A stretch of 64,000 bases of DNA. Origin: Candidatus Latescibacterota bacterium (GTDB lineage: Bacteria > Latescibacterota > UBA2968 > GCA-2709665). Within the stretch, counting starts at the first letter, position 1; every line of letters starts with the position of its first letter. Positions 8,147 through 18,587 of the stretch are shown here, in pieces. The DNA lies in assembly GCA_965222075.1 (NCBI GenBank), contig OZ244937.1, positions 3,040,001 through 3,104,000 of the forward strand, written 5' to 3'. The notes below the pieces were generated by a model. It made no database searches, was not told where the DNA came from, and worked only from the letters and a program-made list of their open reading frames with translations. A program made the translations under genes and the position numbers.

Positions 8147-9754
8147 ATGGGGCAGGCCCACACCCAGCTTATCACCGGCGGGCAGATGGCCCGCATCGAC
8201 CAGAGGGCCATCCAGGGCGGCACATCCGGCGATTGCCTGATGGAAGCGGCCGGCCGGGGTGTGGCCCGCGTCCTTAAAGACCTGCTGGGCGGTTTCCAAA
8301 ATCGCAAGATCACCCTCCTCTGCGGCAAGGGGAACAACGGCGGCGACGGCCTTGTCGTCGCCCGCCTGGCCTCCCTGGACGGCGCTGCGGTCCGCGCCTT
8401 CCTCTTTGCATCCGCAGACGACGTAGCAGGCGATGCCCGACTCAATCTCAACCGGGCTTACGGGTGCGGCCTTCACATCGAAGAGATTCAGGCGCCTGAA
8501 GACCTCCCAACGGTCCGGCAGGCCCTTGCAGACGCTCACGCCGCGGTCGATGCCCTCCTGGGCACCGGCATCCGGGGAGGCGCTAAGGGCCTGATCGCAG
8601 ACGCCATCGCCCTGCTGAAAGAGGCCCGCTGCCCCATCCTGGCCGTCGATGTCCCCTCCGGGCTCGACGCCGACACCGGCCGCGCTGAAGAACCCTGCGC
8701 AGCCGCTGCTTGTACGGTCACCTTCGGGCAACCCAGGCTGGGTCAGTTCCTCTATCCGGGACGTTCTCTCTGTGGCCGCCTGCACCTGATCGACATCGGT
8801 CTGCCGGCATCGGCGGTCGAGGCCGAATCCGCTCAAACCTATCTGGTTGCCGCCTGCGGAGGCGCGCCGTTGCTGCCCCACAGGCAGCCAACGGCCCACA
8901 AGGGAGTCTGCGGGCGGGTGGCCATTGTCGCCGGGTCCGTCGGCTTAACCGGAGCGGCGGCCCTCTCGGCAGGCGCCGCCCTCAGAGCGGGCGCGGGGCT
9001 GGTCACAGTCGGTGTCCCCGAAAGCCTCAACAACATCCTGGAAGTCAAGCTCACCGAAGCCATGACCTGCCCCCTGCCGGAGGTCCGGAAGGCGCGCTGT
9101 GTCGCCCTTCGCGCCAGAGGTGAGATCCGGAGGCTTATCGCTCAGGCCGACTGTTTTGCCCTCGGCCCGGGCCTTGGCGCCCACCGGGAAACCGTCGAAC
9201 TGGTCAAACGGATCATCCAGGACGTTCGCATCCCAACCGTCCTGGATGCGGATGCCCTCAACGCCCTTGCCGGAGAGGTCAACCGCCTGACCGCGCTTTG
9301 CGCCCCGGCGGTCATCACGCCCCATCCGGGAGAATTCAGCCGCCTGACCGGAACCGACACATCGGAGGTCCTGTCAGACCCCCTCGGTGCGGCGCAGAGC
9401 CTGGCGACAGCCGTGGGCGTGACAGTCGTACTCAAAGGCGCTCCCACCGTGGTGGCAACCCCGGATGGAGACCGCTTTGTCAATCCCAGCGGCAACGCCG
9501 GCATGGCCACGGGAGGCGCCGGAGATGTCCTCACCGGCATCCTCGCCGCACTCATCGGTCAGGGCCTGGGGGTCGTGCAGGCAGCCTGTCTGGGCGTCTA
9601 CCTGCACGGCCTGGCCGGGGACCTCGCCGCCGAAACCCGGGGGCAGGCAGGCCTTGTTGCAGGAGATATCGTCTCTGCCCTGCCAGCGGCAGAGCAGCAG
9701 ATTCGAAACGGAGAGGATCAACATCGCTACATTCAGCTCTATTCGGACAGCTAG
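8147..9754 (+). CDS. nnr: Bifunctional NAD(P)H-hydrate epimerase/dehydratase
   Basis: LMEAAG, CGKGNNGGDG, DALLGTG, VDVPSG, TPHPGE and MATGGAGDVLTG motifs. Confidence 0.95.
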   Translation: MGQAHTQLITGGQMARIDQRAIQGGTSGDCLMEAAGRGVARVLKDLLGGFQNRKITLLCGKGNNGGDGLVVARLASLDGAAVRAFLFASADDVAGDARLNLNRAYGCGLHIEEIQAPEDLPTVRQALADAHAAVDALLGTGIRGGAKGLIADAIALLKEARCPILAVDVPSGLDADTGRAEEPCAAAACTVTFGQPRLGQFLYPGRSLCGRLHLIDIGLPASAVEAESAQTYLVAACGGAPLLPHRQPTAHKGVCGRVAIVAGSVGLTGAAALSAGAALRAGAGLVTVGVPESLNNILEVKLTEAMTCPLPEVRKARCVALRARGEIRRLIAQADCFALGPGLGAHRETVELVKRIIQDVRIPTVLDADALNALAGEVNRLTALCAPAVITPHPGEFSRLTGTDTSEVLSDPLGAAQSLATAVGVTVVLKGAPTVVATPDGDRFVNPSGNAGMATGGAGDVLTGILAALIGQGLGVVQAACLGVYLHGLAGDLAAETRGQAGLVAGDIVSALPAAEQQIRNGEDQHRYIQLYSDS

Positions 9755-9776
9755 CCCACGATAGAAAGCAATCAGA

Positions 9777-10292
9777 ATGCCCAACATTCGAGAAAGCATC
9801 AACGAGATGATTGAGGAGTCCTACCTCCTTAGTCTCAGCGAAAGCGAAATCAGAATGGATCTGGAACGCTTTGTAGAAATGTGCAGCAGGGTAATAAGTG
9901 AAAACATTCACGACAAGAAACAGATGCAAAAATTGTCTGAAAAGCTGGCCAGAGCCCGTGCGCTCAGCCTGGTTGAAGATTACCAGGGGACGGAAGACAG
10001 TGAAATCTTCACCGAAAGCCAGTCCGTCAGACCCTCTCGGAAACGCTTTGCAGAAAAAGTGGCCCGAAACAAGCGCCTCATCCTTCGGGCCATCAGAGAG
10101 TGCGACCCCAGACTGGAGGGACTGATCGAACAGGAACGCTTCCCGGGCATCTCTCAGGGGCAATTCACCCAGCCCCTCCCTCTCCATACCGGATCAAAAA
10201 GCAGAGCCAAAGACCTCTTCCTCAAGTCCTGTTATCTGATCACCCTGTTTTTCGTGCTGTTTTTGGTCTACCTGGCCCTCCTCCAGATTTGA
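9777..10292 (+). CDS. Hypothetical protein with C-terminal transmembrane helix
   Basis: 171-aa ORF in operon orientation with a hydrophobic C-terminus (YLITLFFVLFLVYLALL). Confidence 0.7.
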   Translation: MPNIRESINEMIEESYLLSLSESEIRMDLERFVEMCSRVISENIHDKKQMQKLSEKLARARALSLVEDYQGTEDSEIFTESQSVRPSRKRFAEKVARNKRLILRAIRECDPRLEGLIEQERFPGISQGQFTQPLPLHTGSKSRAKDLFLKSCYLITLFFVLFLVYLALLQI

Positions 10293-10326
10293 TCGGAAAA
10301 CCTCCTCAGATGCCGTTTCCAATCCA

Positions 10327-10361
10327 CCTGCGGTCCCCCCAACAAGGTCGCAGGCGTTTTT
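10327..10361 (+). terminator. Probable terminator hairpin
   Basis: CCTGCG...CGCAGG stem followed by CGTTTTT. Confidence 0.45.
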
Positions 10362-10365
10362 ATAG

Positions 10366-10400
10366 GAAAGGTGAAAGGTGAAAGGTGAAAGGTGAAAGGC
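10366..10400. repeat. Heptamer tandem repeat (GAAAGGT)x5
   Basis: Four exact units plus GAAAGGC, directly upstream of carB. Confidence 0.9.
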
Positions 10401-10430
10401 CCTTTGCCTTCTGCCTGCTCACCGCTGATG

Positions 10431-11882
10431 ATGCCCAAACGCACCGACATCCGGAAAGTCATGCTCATCGGCTCCGGCCCCATCATCATCGGCCAGGCCT
10501 GTGAGTTCGACTATTCCGGCACCCAGGCGTGCAAGGCCCTCAAAGAAGAGGGCTACACCGTCGTCCTGGTCAACTCCAACCCCGCCACCATCATGACCGA
10601 TCCCGAGATGGCCGAGCGGACCTACGTGGAACCGGTGACCCCCGATGTCTGCGCCGCCGTGATCGAACGGGAACGGCCCGACGCCCTCCTGCCCACCCTG
10701 GGCGGACAGACCGGCCTCAACGTTGCGATGGACCTCCACCGTGAGGGCGTCCTGGAGCGGTTCGGCGTGGAAATGATCGGCGCCAAACCCGAAGCCATCG
10801 AAAAGGCCGAAAACCGGGAGCGGTTCCAGGAAGCCATAACCCGCATCGGCCTCGACTGCCCCAAAGGAGGGTTTGCCCACACCTTCGAAGGCGCGATGGA
10901 GATCGTCGTCGACATCGGCTACCCGGCCATTATCCGTCCCTCCTATACCCTGGGCGGCACCGGCGCGGGAACGGCCTACAACGCCGAAGAGTTCGAACAG
11001 GCCGCAGCCCAGGGGCTCGACCTGTCTCCCATCACCGAAATCCTTGTGGAAGAGTCCGTCATCGGCTGGAAAGAATTCGAACTGGAGGTCATGCGCGACC
11101 TCAACGACAACGTGGTAATCATCTGCTCCATCGAAAACTTCGACCCAATGGGCATCCACACCGGCGATTCCATCACCGTGGCGCCGGTGCAGACCCTCAC
11201 CGACAAGGAATACCAGCAGATGCGGGATGCCGCCATCGACATCATCCGCGAAATCGGCGTGGAGACCGGCGGGTCCAACATCCAGTTCGCCGTCCACCCC
11301 GATACCGGCCGCATGGTCATTATCGAAATGAACCCCCGCGTCTCCCGGTCTTCCGCCCTCGCCTCCAAGGCCACCGGCTTCCCGATTGCCAAAATCGCCG
11401 CCAAGCTCGCCGTGGGCTACACCCTGGACGAGATCCGGAACGACATCACCCGGGAAACGCCCGCCTCCTTTGAGCCGGCCATCGACTACTGCGTGGTCAA
11501 GATCCCCCGCTGGACCTTCGAGAAATTCCCCCAGACCCAGGACCTGCTGGGCACCCAGATGAAGTCCGTAGGCGAAACCATGGCCATCGGCCGAACCTTC
11601 AAAGAGGCCCTGCAGAAGGGCCTCCGCTCCCTCGAAATCGGCCGCGCCGGCCTCGGCGCAGACGGAAAAGACCTCGACATCGCACAACTCGACCGCACAA
11701 CCGTCGAACACTACCTCCGGACGCCCAATTCCGAGCGCCTCTTCTACCTCAAAGCGGCCTACCAGATGGGCTTTGCCACTTCCGAAATCTACGACCTGAC
11801 CGGCATCGATCCCTGGTTTCTGGAAAACATGCGGCAGATCGTAGACATGGAAAAGGAACTCGCCGGGCTGATGGCTCCGTAA
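10431..11882 (+). CDS. carB: Carbamoyl-phosphate synthase large chain, N-terminal half
   Basis: [43 protein letters not shown]; ends after IDPWFL. Confidence 0.95.
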   Translation: MPKRTDIRKVMLIGSGPIIIGQACEFDYSGTQACKALKEEGYTVVLVNSNPATIMTDPEMAERTYVEPVTPDVCAAVIERERPDALLPTLGGQTGLNVAMDLHREGVLERFGVEMIGAKPEAIEKAENRERFQEAITRIGLDCPKGGFAHTFEGAMEIVVDIGYPAIIRPSYTLGGTGAGTAYNAEEFEQAAAQGLDLSPITEILVEESVIGWKEFELEVMRDLNDNVVIICSIENFDPMGIHTGDSITVAPVQTLTDKEYQQMRDAAIDIIREIGVETGGSNIQFAVHPDTGRMVIIEMNPRVSRSSALASKATGFPIAKIAAKLAVGYTLDEIRNDITRETPASFEPAIDYCVVKIPRWTFEKFPQTQDLLGTQMKSVGETMAIGRTFKEALQKGLRSLEIGRAGLGADGKDLDIAQLDRTTVEHYLRTPNSERLFYLKAAYQMGFATSEIYDLTGIDPWFLENMRQIVDMEKELAGLMAP

Positions 11883-11909
11883 GAGCACGGCATGCCCCAA
11901 ATATAACCT

Positions 11910-13742
11910 ATGCCGACCCAACAACACACCCTCGACGACCTGCGCGCCCGCATCGGCCGTGACGACCTCCTCAGGGCCAAACAGTACGGCTTTTCCGACC
12001 GGCAGCTGGCCCACCTCTGGAAGACCGATGAGTGGGCCGTACGCGCCTTCCGCAAGGAACTCGGCGTTGTGGCCACCTTCAAAACCGTAGATACCTGCGC
12101 CGCCGAATTCGAGGCCTATACCCCCTACCACTACTCCACCTACGAACGTGAAAACGAGGCCATTCAGTCCAACCGGAAAAAGATCCTGATCCTGGGCGGT
12201 GGTCCCAACCGCATCGGCCAGGGCATCGAATTCGACTACTGCTGCGTGCACGCCTCCTTTGCCCTGAAAAAGGACGGCTATGAGACCATCATGGCCAACT
12301 CCAACCCCGAGACCGTCAGCACCGACTACGACACCTCCGACAAGCTCTACTTTGAACCGCTCACCGCCGAGGACATCCTCAACATCGCCGATGTGGAAGC
12401 GCCCGACGGGGTCATCGTCCAGTTCGGCGGGCAGACCCCGCTCAACCTCGCCCGCGACCTGGAGCGGGGCGGGGTCACCATTATCGGGACCTCTCCCGAC
12501 AGCATCGACCTGGCCGAAGACCGGAGACGCTTTGGCGCCCTCATCCAAAGCCTGGGCATCCGCCAGTCCGACAACGGCACCGCCACCGGCGTGGACGAGG
12601 CCGTATCCATAGCCGAATCAATCGGGTACCCGGTGCTGGTTCGCCCCTCCTACGTCCTGGGGGGGCGCGCCATGGCCATCGTCTACGAACAGGAAGCCCT
12701 CCTCAGGTACATGGACGAAGCCATCCAGGCCTCGCCCGAACACCCCGTGCTCATCGACCGCTTCCTCGAAGACGCCTACGAATTCGACGTCGACGCCGTA
12801 GCCGACGCCACCGCCGTGGTCATCGGAGGGATCATGCAACACATCGAAAGCGCGGGCGTCCACTCCGGAGACAGCGCCTGTGTGCTCCCCCCTTACATGA
12901 TCTCTGAGGAAAACCTCGCCGAACTCCGGGCGCACACCCATGCCCTGGCCCACGCGCTCAACGTGGTGGGCCTGATGAACGTGCAGTATGCCATCCAGGA
13001 CGAGGAAGTCTACATCCTCGAGGTCAACCCCCGGGCCTCCCGCACCGTGCCCTTCGTCAGCAAAGCCACTGGTATCCCGCTGGCCCAGGTCGCCGCCCGC
13101 GCGATGGTCGGTCGGTCTCTCAAGGAACAGGGCATCACCGATGAGATCGCCATCGACCATATCGCGGTGAAAGAGGCCGTGCTCCCCTTTACCAAATTTC
13201 CGGGGGTAGACACCCTTCTGGGTCCCGAAATGAAGTCCACCGGCGAGGTCATGGGCATCGGCACCGACTTCGGCCTCAGCTTCCACAAGGCCCAGCTCGG
13301 CGCAGGGGTGCGGTTGCCGGCCGAAGGGACCGTCTTCGTCAGCGTCAACGACCGGGACAAGGAGGCCGTGGTCCCCATCGCCCGGCGCCTTGCCGACCTC
13401 GGATTCCGCATTGTGGCCACCCGGGGCACCCGCGACCACCTGAAGGCGCAGAATATTCCGGCCGAACGCATCTTCAAAATTCAAGAGGGGCGTCCCCACA
13501 TCGTGGATGCGATCAAAAACAAAACCATCGCCCTGATGATCAACACGCCCGCAGGCGAAAAAGCCCAGGCGGACGACCACCAGATCCGGCGCGCCGCCCT
13601 GCAATACGGCGTCCCCTACACCACCACGCTCGCCGGGGCTGCCGCTGCCGTGGCCGGCATTGAATCCCTGAAAAGAAACGGCTCCATCCAGGTCCGATCC
13701 CTTCAGGAGTTCCACCAGCAGGAGGCCCCGCCGATCCCATGA
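11910..13742 (+). CDS. carB: Carbamoyl-phosphate synthase large chain, C-terminal half
   Basis: [48 protein letters not shown]-like C-terminal domain. Confidence 0.95.
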   Translation: MPTQQHTLDDLRARIGRDDLLRAKQYGFSDRQLAHLWKTDEWAVRAFRKELGVVATFKTVDTCAAEFEAYTPYHYSTYERENEAIQSNRKKILILGGGPNRIGQGIEFDYCCVHASFALKKDGYETIMANSNPETVSTDYDTSDKLYFEPLTAEDILNIADVEAPDGVIVQFGGQTPLNLARDLERGGVTIIGTSPDSIDLAEDRRRFGALIQSLGIRQSDNGTATGVDEAVSIAESIGYPVLVRPSYVLGGRAMAIVYEQEALLRYMDEAIQASPEHPVLIDRFLEDAYEFDVDAVADATAVVIGGIMQHIESAGVHSGDSACVLPPYMISEENLAELRAHTHALAHALNVVGLMNVQYAIQDEEVYILEVNPRASRTVPFVSKATGIPLAQVAARAMVGRSLKEQGITDEIAIDHIAVKEAVLPFTKFPGVDTLLGPEMKSTGEVMGIGTDFGLSFHKAQLGAGVRLPAEGTVFVSVNDRDKEAVVPIARRLADLGFRIVATRGTRDHLKAQNIPAERIFKIQEGRPHIVDAIKNKTIALMINTPAGEKAQADDHQIRRAALQYGVPYTTTLAGAAAAVAGIESLKRNGSIQVRSLQEFHQQEAPPIP

Positions 13743-16114
13743 AACACTTCTGGCGATTTGGAAATCCGGCCCTTTTTATCCTCCTCTCGTTGACCGCTGT
13801 GGGCTGTGTGTATTACAATACCTTTTACAATGCCCTCAAACGCTACGAGGAGGCCGAACGGAAACGCCGGGATGCGGAAACCAGGTCCAGCAGGCAGGCC
13901 GAGCACGCCTACCAGGCGCTTTATATGAGCGTGATCCGGAAGGCCTCGGTCGTACTGGATCGCCACCCCGAAAGCAAATGGGTGGACGACAGCCTCCTCA
14001 TCATCGGCAAGGCCTTCTACTGGCGCAAGCAATACGACGAGTCCCTGCTTAAATTCCAGGAGCTTCAAGAGAACTTCCCCCAAAGTGAACTCATCGAAGA
14101 ATCCCTCTACTGGCAGGGGCTCGCCCTGTGGGCCGCAGAACGGATAGACGAGGCGCGGGGTATCCTGGAAATCCTTGTAGAAGCGTCCAACCCCACCTTT
14201 TCCCCAAAGGCCCAGCTTGCGCTGGCCGAACTGGAAGCCGGAGAGGGCAATTATGACGCCGCGATAGACGCCTATCATCATCTTCTGCCGCAATTTAAAG
14301 AAAAAAAGCTGAAGGCCGAGACCCGAAAGGGGCTTGGAAATGCTTACTTCCAGCTGAAGCGCTACGACGAAGCCCTCCAGGCCTACGAAAATGCCCTGGC
14401 CTCCAAACCCGACCCCACAACCAACTACCAGATCCGCCTCCGCATCGGGCGCATCCTGGAACTTCAGGGAAGACTGAAGGAGGCCATGCAGGCCTATCAA
14501 AAGATCTTGAAGATCAAACGCTTTCGGTCCTACGCGCCGGACATCCGTCTCAAACAGGCCAACGTCTACCTCCTGATGGGGCGTCTGGAAGAGACCCTGG
14601 AGGTATACCAGGAGGTCATCCGGCAAAACCCCCGCACCGATCAAAGTGCCGAAGCTTACTACCGGATGGGGTTGATTAATCAGAAACAGCGGAAGGATCT
14701 GGACCGGGCCAAAGAACACTTTGAACAGGCGCGCAGGGAAAAAGGAAACTCTAAAATCTCCCTGTTGGCCCGGGATCGGCTGACAGACCTCGCCGACCTG
14801 AGAAAATATCGGAAAGCCGCCGAAGCAGACAGCATGAAAAACCCCGAGCCCCTCTTCAACCTGGCCGAACTTTACCTCTTCAATCTGGAAGACCCCGATA
14901 CCGCTCTGGCCATCTATCAGAAAGTCCTGGAAGTGGCCGACACAACCGAATATACCCCCAAGTCCCTCTACGCAATCGGCCTGATCTATGCCGACAGCCT
15001 GAAGGATGAGCAGGCCGCACAAAAAACCTTCCGGAAACTGATCGACGCCTATCCGGCGAGCTCCTATGCGGTCGCGGCCCAGGAACGCACCCGGCAGAAA
15101 CGCACGGACGACGCCCTGGCCGAAGCCCGATTCCTCGAAGCCGAAGCCCTCGCCCGGGGGGGGACAGGCGTAGCGGAGGTCTTGACCATCCTCGAACAGG
15201 TCACCGAAGCATACCCCAAAAGCCTCTTTGCGCCCAAAGCCCTTTACACCCTGGCCTGGACCTACGAGAACCGGCTCGACAGCATCGAAGTGGCGCGTGT
15301 CCACTATCAGCGCCTGATAGACCGGTATCCTCTGACCGCATTTTCCGAAGTGGCCAGAGAAAAACTGGAGAAAGGCTTTGTCGACCCCACGGCGACGGAT
15401 GGCGCCGATTCGGTTCAGGCGGCCGAATCCGTCCGGCCCGATTCCGATGCCGCCCTTCAGGACACCCTTTCCGACACCGCCCCGGACGATTTATCGCCGC
15501 AGGGGGAAGAGGCGGATCTTGTAGCGTTCTGGGAGGCAGAGACGAAGCCGGTCATGATCAAACACGTTGACGCCCAGTACCCGGAGGAGGCGCGATTTGA
15601 GAACGCTGAAGGCGAAGTCTTCCTCAGGTTCCGGATCGGAAAAGAAGGCTGGGTAGAAGAGGTGAAGGTGCTCAAGGGGGACGAAGTCTTCAGACAGGCC
15701 GCAATCGACGCCGTCAAACAATTTATGTTTGAACCCGCCACACAAAACGACAAACCCGTACGGGTTTGGGTGCCCTATGCCATCGAATTTAAACCGTCGT
15801 CGGAGGCTGCCAGGGCGGATGAAGGTCTCGTAGACTTCTGGAAGGTAGAGAAAAAACCGGTCCTGGTCGAACGCGTTGCCCCCGAATATCCGGAGGAGGC
15901 ACAGTGGGAGAACCTGGAAGGCGAGGTGCTCGTCAGGTTCCAGGTTGGAAAAGATGGCCGGGTGGAACAGGTGGAGGTGCTCGAAGGAGAAAAGGTCTTC
16001 AGACAGGCCGCAATTGATGCGGTCAGGCAATTTGTCTTTGAACCTGCCACGCACGACTTCAGGCCTGTACGGGTCCGGGTGATTGAATCCATCAAATTTA
16101 AGATACCGGATTGA
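13739..16114 (+). CDS. TPR-repeat lipoprotein fused to two TonB C-terminal domains
   Basis: Lipobox LTAVG-C, many TPR helices ([16 protein letters not shown]), two repeats of YPEEA..EGEV..F.(I/V)[24 protein letters not shown]. Confidence 0.85.
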   Translation: MKHFWRFGNPALFILLSLTAVGCVYYNTFYNALKRYEEAERKRRDAETRSSRQAEHAYQALYMSVIRKASVVLDRHPESKWVDDSLLIIGKAFYWRKQYDESLLKFQELQENFPQSELIEESLYWQGLALWAAERIDEARGILEILVEASNPTFSPKAQLALAELEAGEGNYDAAIDAYHHLLPQFKEKKLKAETRKGLGNAYFQLKRYDEALQAYENALASKPDPTTNYQIRLRIGRILELQGRLKEAMQAYQKILKIKRFRSYAPDIRLKQANVYLLMGRLEETLEVYQEVIRQNPRTDQSAEAYYRMGLINQKQRKDLDRAKEHFEQARREKGNSKISLLARDRLTDLADLRKYRKAAEADSMKNPEPLFNLAELYLFNLEDPDTALAIYQKVLEVADTTEYTPKSLYAIGLIYADSLKDEQAAQKTFRKLIDAYPASSYAVAAQERTRQKRTDDALAEARFLEAEALARGGTGVAEVLTILEQVTEAYPKSLFAPKALYTLAWTYENRLDSIEVARVHYQRLIDRYPLTAFSEVAREKLEKGFVDPTATDGADSVQAAESVRPDSDAALQDTLSDTAPDDLSPQGEEADLVAFWEAETKPVMIKHVDAQYPEEARFENAEGEVFLRFRIGKEGWVEEVKVLKGDEVFRQAAIDAVKQFMFEPATQNDKPVRVWVPYAIEFKPSSEAARADEGLVDFWKVEKKPVLVERVAPEYPEEAQWENLEGEVLVRFQVGKDGRVEQVEVLEGEKVFRQAAIDAVRQFVFEPATHDFRPVRVRVIESIKFKIPD

Positions 16115-16166
16115 GATAACATTAGACGACACTTCCGGATTCAACGGGTATAACCCGATCGGCACC

Positions 16167-16961
16167 ATGATCCCGCACCTTCTTCAGGAAGACGCAGAGA
16201 TTCTTCTCAACGAGCCGGCCGCCCGGGGCATCTACCTGATGCGGCTCTCCGCTCCGCAGGTCGCCCGCGCCATCCGGCCGGCCCAGTTTGTGCAGATCCG
16301 GACCGACCCGGGCCTCTCTCCCTTCCTGCGGCGTCCCTTCAGCGCCCTTCGGGTGGATCGGGAAGAGGGGTGGATCGACATCTTCTACGATGTGATCGGC
16401 CCGGGTACCCGCCGGATGCAGGAAGCCGCTCCTGGCCAGACGCTCAACCTGCTTGGCCCCCTCGGCCTCCCCTTCTCCCCGCCACGGGCCGACCGCCTCC
16501 TCCTGGTGGCAGGCGGCGTCGGCCTCGTTCCCCTGGCCTTTTGGGCCTGGGACTGCCCCGGGCAACGCGCCCACACGGTCTTCCTGATGGGCGCTGCAGG
16601 CCGGGACCGCATGCCCGACATGGACCGGTTGCTGCCCCCCGGCCTGGAGGTCCACCTCGCCACAGACGACGGCAGCCTGGGACACCGGGGCTTTGTAACC
16701 GACCTGATCGCCGCACACGTCACTTCAGATCAAACGGTGATCTTCACCTGCGGCCCCCACCCCATGATGGCCCATGTGGTGGCCATCGCCGCCGATCTCA
16801 ACCTGTCCTGCTATGCCTCTCTGGAGAACCACATGGGCTGTGGATTTGGGGCCTGCGTCGGATGCGTTGTCGAATACCGTGAAGCGCAGCGCGAAGACCG
16901 CCGTTTCCGTCGGATCTGCGTAGAAGGCCCGGTGGTGGACGCCCACGCCGTTGTCTGGTAA
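16167..16961 (+). CDS. pyrK: Dihydroorotate dehydrogenase electron-transfer subunit
   Basis: LRRPFS, AGGVG, CGPHPM, MGCGFGACVGC and CVEGPV motifs. Confidence 0.93.
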   Translation: MIPHLLQEDAEILLNEPAARGIYLMRLSAPQVARAIRPAQFVQIRTDPGLSPFLRRPFSALRVDREEGWIDIFYDVIGPGTRRMQEAAPGQTLNLLGPLGLPFSPPRADRLLLVAGGVGLVPLAFWAWDCPGQRAHTVFLMGAAGRDRMPDMDRLLPPGLEVHLATDDGSLGHRGFVTDLIAAHVTSDQTVIFTCGPHPMMAHVVAIAADLNLSCYASLENHMGCGFGACVGCVVEYREAQREDRRFRRICVEGPVVDAHAVVW

Positions 16962-17061
16962 AAAGACAGCCGCATCACGCCCCCCCACAAACCCCGATGT
17001 TTGTCCCAACGGGGCAGGGTGGGGGTGGACTGGCGACTCACGGCGACTCACGACTGAGTCT

Positions 17062-17985
17062 ATGGATCTCTCCTCACACATCGGCGGCGGACTCATCCTC
17101 AAAAATCCGGTCATGATGGCCTCCGGCTGTTTTGGCCACGCAGCTGAGTACGCCCACCTCTTCGACCTGAGCCGGATCGGCGGTATCGTCACCAAAACCA
17201 TCACCCACCACCCCCGTGCCGGCAATCCCTACCCCCGGACCGCCGAGACCCCTTCGGGCATGCTCAACGCCATTGGACTGACCAATCCGGGGCTTGAAGG
17301 ATTTGTTGCGGAAAAGGTCCCCGCGCTCCAGGCGCTTTCCACCGTACGGGTGGTCAGCATTGCCGGTACCTCAGACGATGAATTCGCCGAAATGGCGCGG
17401 CGTCTTAACGACCTGCCCGGCATCGACGCCCTGGAGCTGAACATCTCCTCTCCCAACATGAAAGATGGCGGGATGCTCTTCGGGTGCCGGGAACGTGCCG
17501 CCCACAGCGTCACAGCAGCCGTAAAAGCGGTCTCCCGGCTGCCCATCATCGTCAAGCTGTCCCCCAATGTAACCGACATTGGGGCGGTAGCTGCTGCGGT
17601 GGAAGAGGGCGGGGCAGACGGCATCGCCCTCATCAACACCCTCCTGGGCCTGGCCGTGGACATCTCCTCCAGGCGGCCTGTGCTCGGCAATATCACCGGC
17701 GGGCTTTCCGGGCCGGCAATCAAACCCGTAGCCCTGGCCATGGTCTGGAAAGTCGCAAACCGGGTCTCGGTCCCCATCACCGGCATGGGAGGCATCACCA
17801 CGGCCGAGGACGCCGTTGAATTTCTGATCGTCGGGGCATCCGCCGTTCAGGTCGGAACGGCAACATTTGTCAACCCCTGGGCGGCTCTGGAGATCGTCGA
17901 TGGAATGGTCGACTACTGTAAGGCCCACAACATCGCCCGACTCTCTGATCTCGTGGGAAGCCTTGAAACAGAGCCTCTCACTTAG
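17062..17985 (+). CDS. pyrD: Dihydroorotate dehydrogenase family 1B catalytic subunit
   Basis: NPVMMASG, GMLNAIGL.NPG, ELNISSPN, VKLSPNV and GGLSGPAIKP motifs. Confidence 0.95.
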   Translation: MDLSSHIGGGLILKNPVMMASGCFGHAAEYAHLFDLSRIGGIVTKTITHHPRAGNPYPRTAETPSGMLNAIGLTNPGLEGFVAEKVPALQALSTVRVVSIAGTSDDEFAEMARRLNDLPGIDALELNISSPNMKDGGMLFGCRERAAHSVTAAVKAVSRLPIIVKLSPNVTDIGAVAAAVEEGGADGIALINTLLGLAVDISSRRPVLGNITGGLSGPAIKPVALAMVWKVANRVSVPITGMGGITTAEDAVEFLIVGASAVQVGTATFVNPWAALEIVDGMVDYCKAHNIARLSDLVGSLETEPLT

Positions 17986-18460
17986 ACGGTGCGCGCTCCG
18001 GCGCCCTCTGATCCTGATCCTGTGCGCCATCAGTCTGGCAGCGGGCTGCGTCTCTCGCCCCCGGTACCGTACCAATCCCCTGCCGTCTCAGCCTGCCGAA
18101 AAGCCGGCGGACGAGAAGGAGGGGCAGAAGCATTCCCTCTCCCCAATTTCTACGCAGGGGGCCTATCAGGTCGGTCTCTCTTCCTACTATGCCCACAAAT
18201 TTCACGGGAGACCGACCGCCAGCGGAGAGATCTTCGACATGAACGGCCTCACCGCCGCCCACCGGGAACTCGCGCTTGGCACGGTTATCCGGGTCACCCA
18301 CCTCAACAACGGCCGCAGCGTCGTCGTCAAGGTCAACGACCGGGGGCCCTTCATAGAAGGCCGCATCCTCGACCTCTCCCTGGGCGCCGCCCTCGAAATC
18401 GACATGGTCGAAGAAGGGGTGGCCAGGGTCAAAATCGAAATCGTCAAACCCGTGGACTAA
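17963..18460 (+). CDS. rlpA: Septal ring lytic transglycosylase RlpA-family lipoprotein
   Basis: Lipobox LAAG-C; SYY..FHGRPTASGE.FDM..LTAAH, VNDRGPF..GRILDLS; start codon uncertain. Confidence 0.88.
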   Translation: MKQSLSLRRCALRRPLILILCAISLAAGCVSRPRYRTNPLPSQPAEKPADEKEGQKHSLSPISTQGAYQVGLSSYYAHKFHGRPTASGEIFDMNGLTAAHRELALGTVIRVTHLNNGRSVVVKVNDRGPFIEGRILDLSLGAALEIDMVEEGVARVKIEIVKPVD

Positions 18461-18478
18461 CCCCTGCCACAAACACAA

Positions 18479-18518
18479 CGGTCGCCCTCCACTCCGGAAG
18501 GCGACCGTTTGCGTTTTT
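18479..18518 (+). terminator. Rho-independent terminator
   Basis: CGGTCGCC...GGCGACCG stem followed by TTTGCGTTTTT, between convergent genes. Confidence 0.7.
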
Positions 18519-18587
18519 AACATTCTCCCGGGTCTTGAAACGCCGGGAAGAGAAGGTCGATAGGGAAAAACATACGACCGTGTGCCC

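Noticed and set aside
10293-10430. PyrR attenuator before carB
   Set aside because: No recognisable PyrR-binding loop consensus; only a terminator-like hairpin and a microrepeat.
11880-11909. carB break as a sequencing error or programmed readthrough
   Set aside because: Two in-frame TAA stops plus extra non-homologous codons, with no frameshift between the halves.
10419-15304. Long antisense ORFs (e.g. 709, 365 and 533 aa) opposite carB and the TPR gene, and many similar ORFs across the window
   Set aside because: Shadow ORFs expected from high-GC codon bias; they have no motifs and fully overlap well-supported genes.
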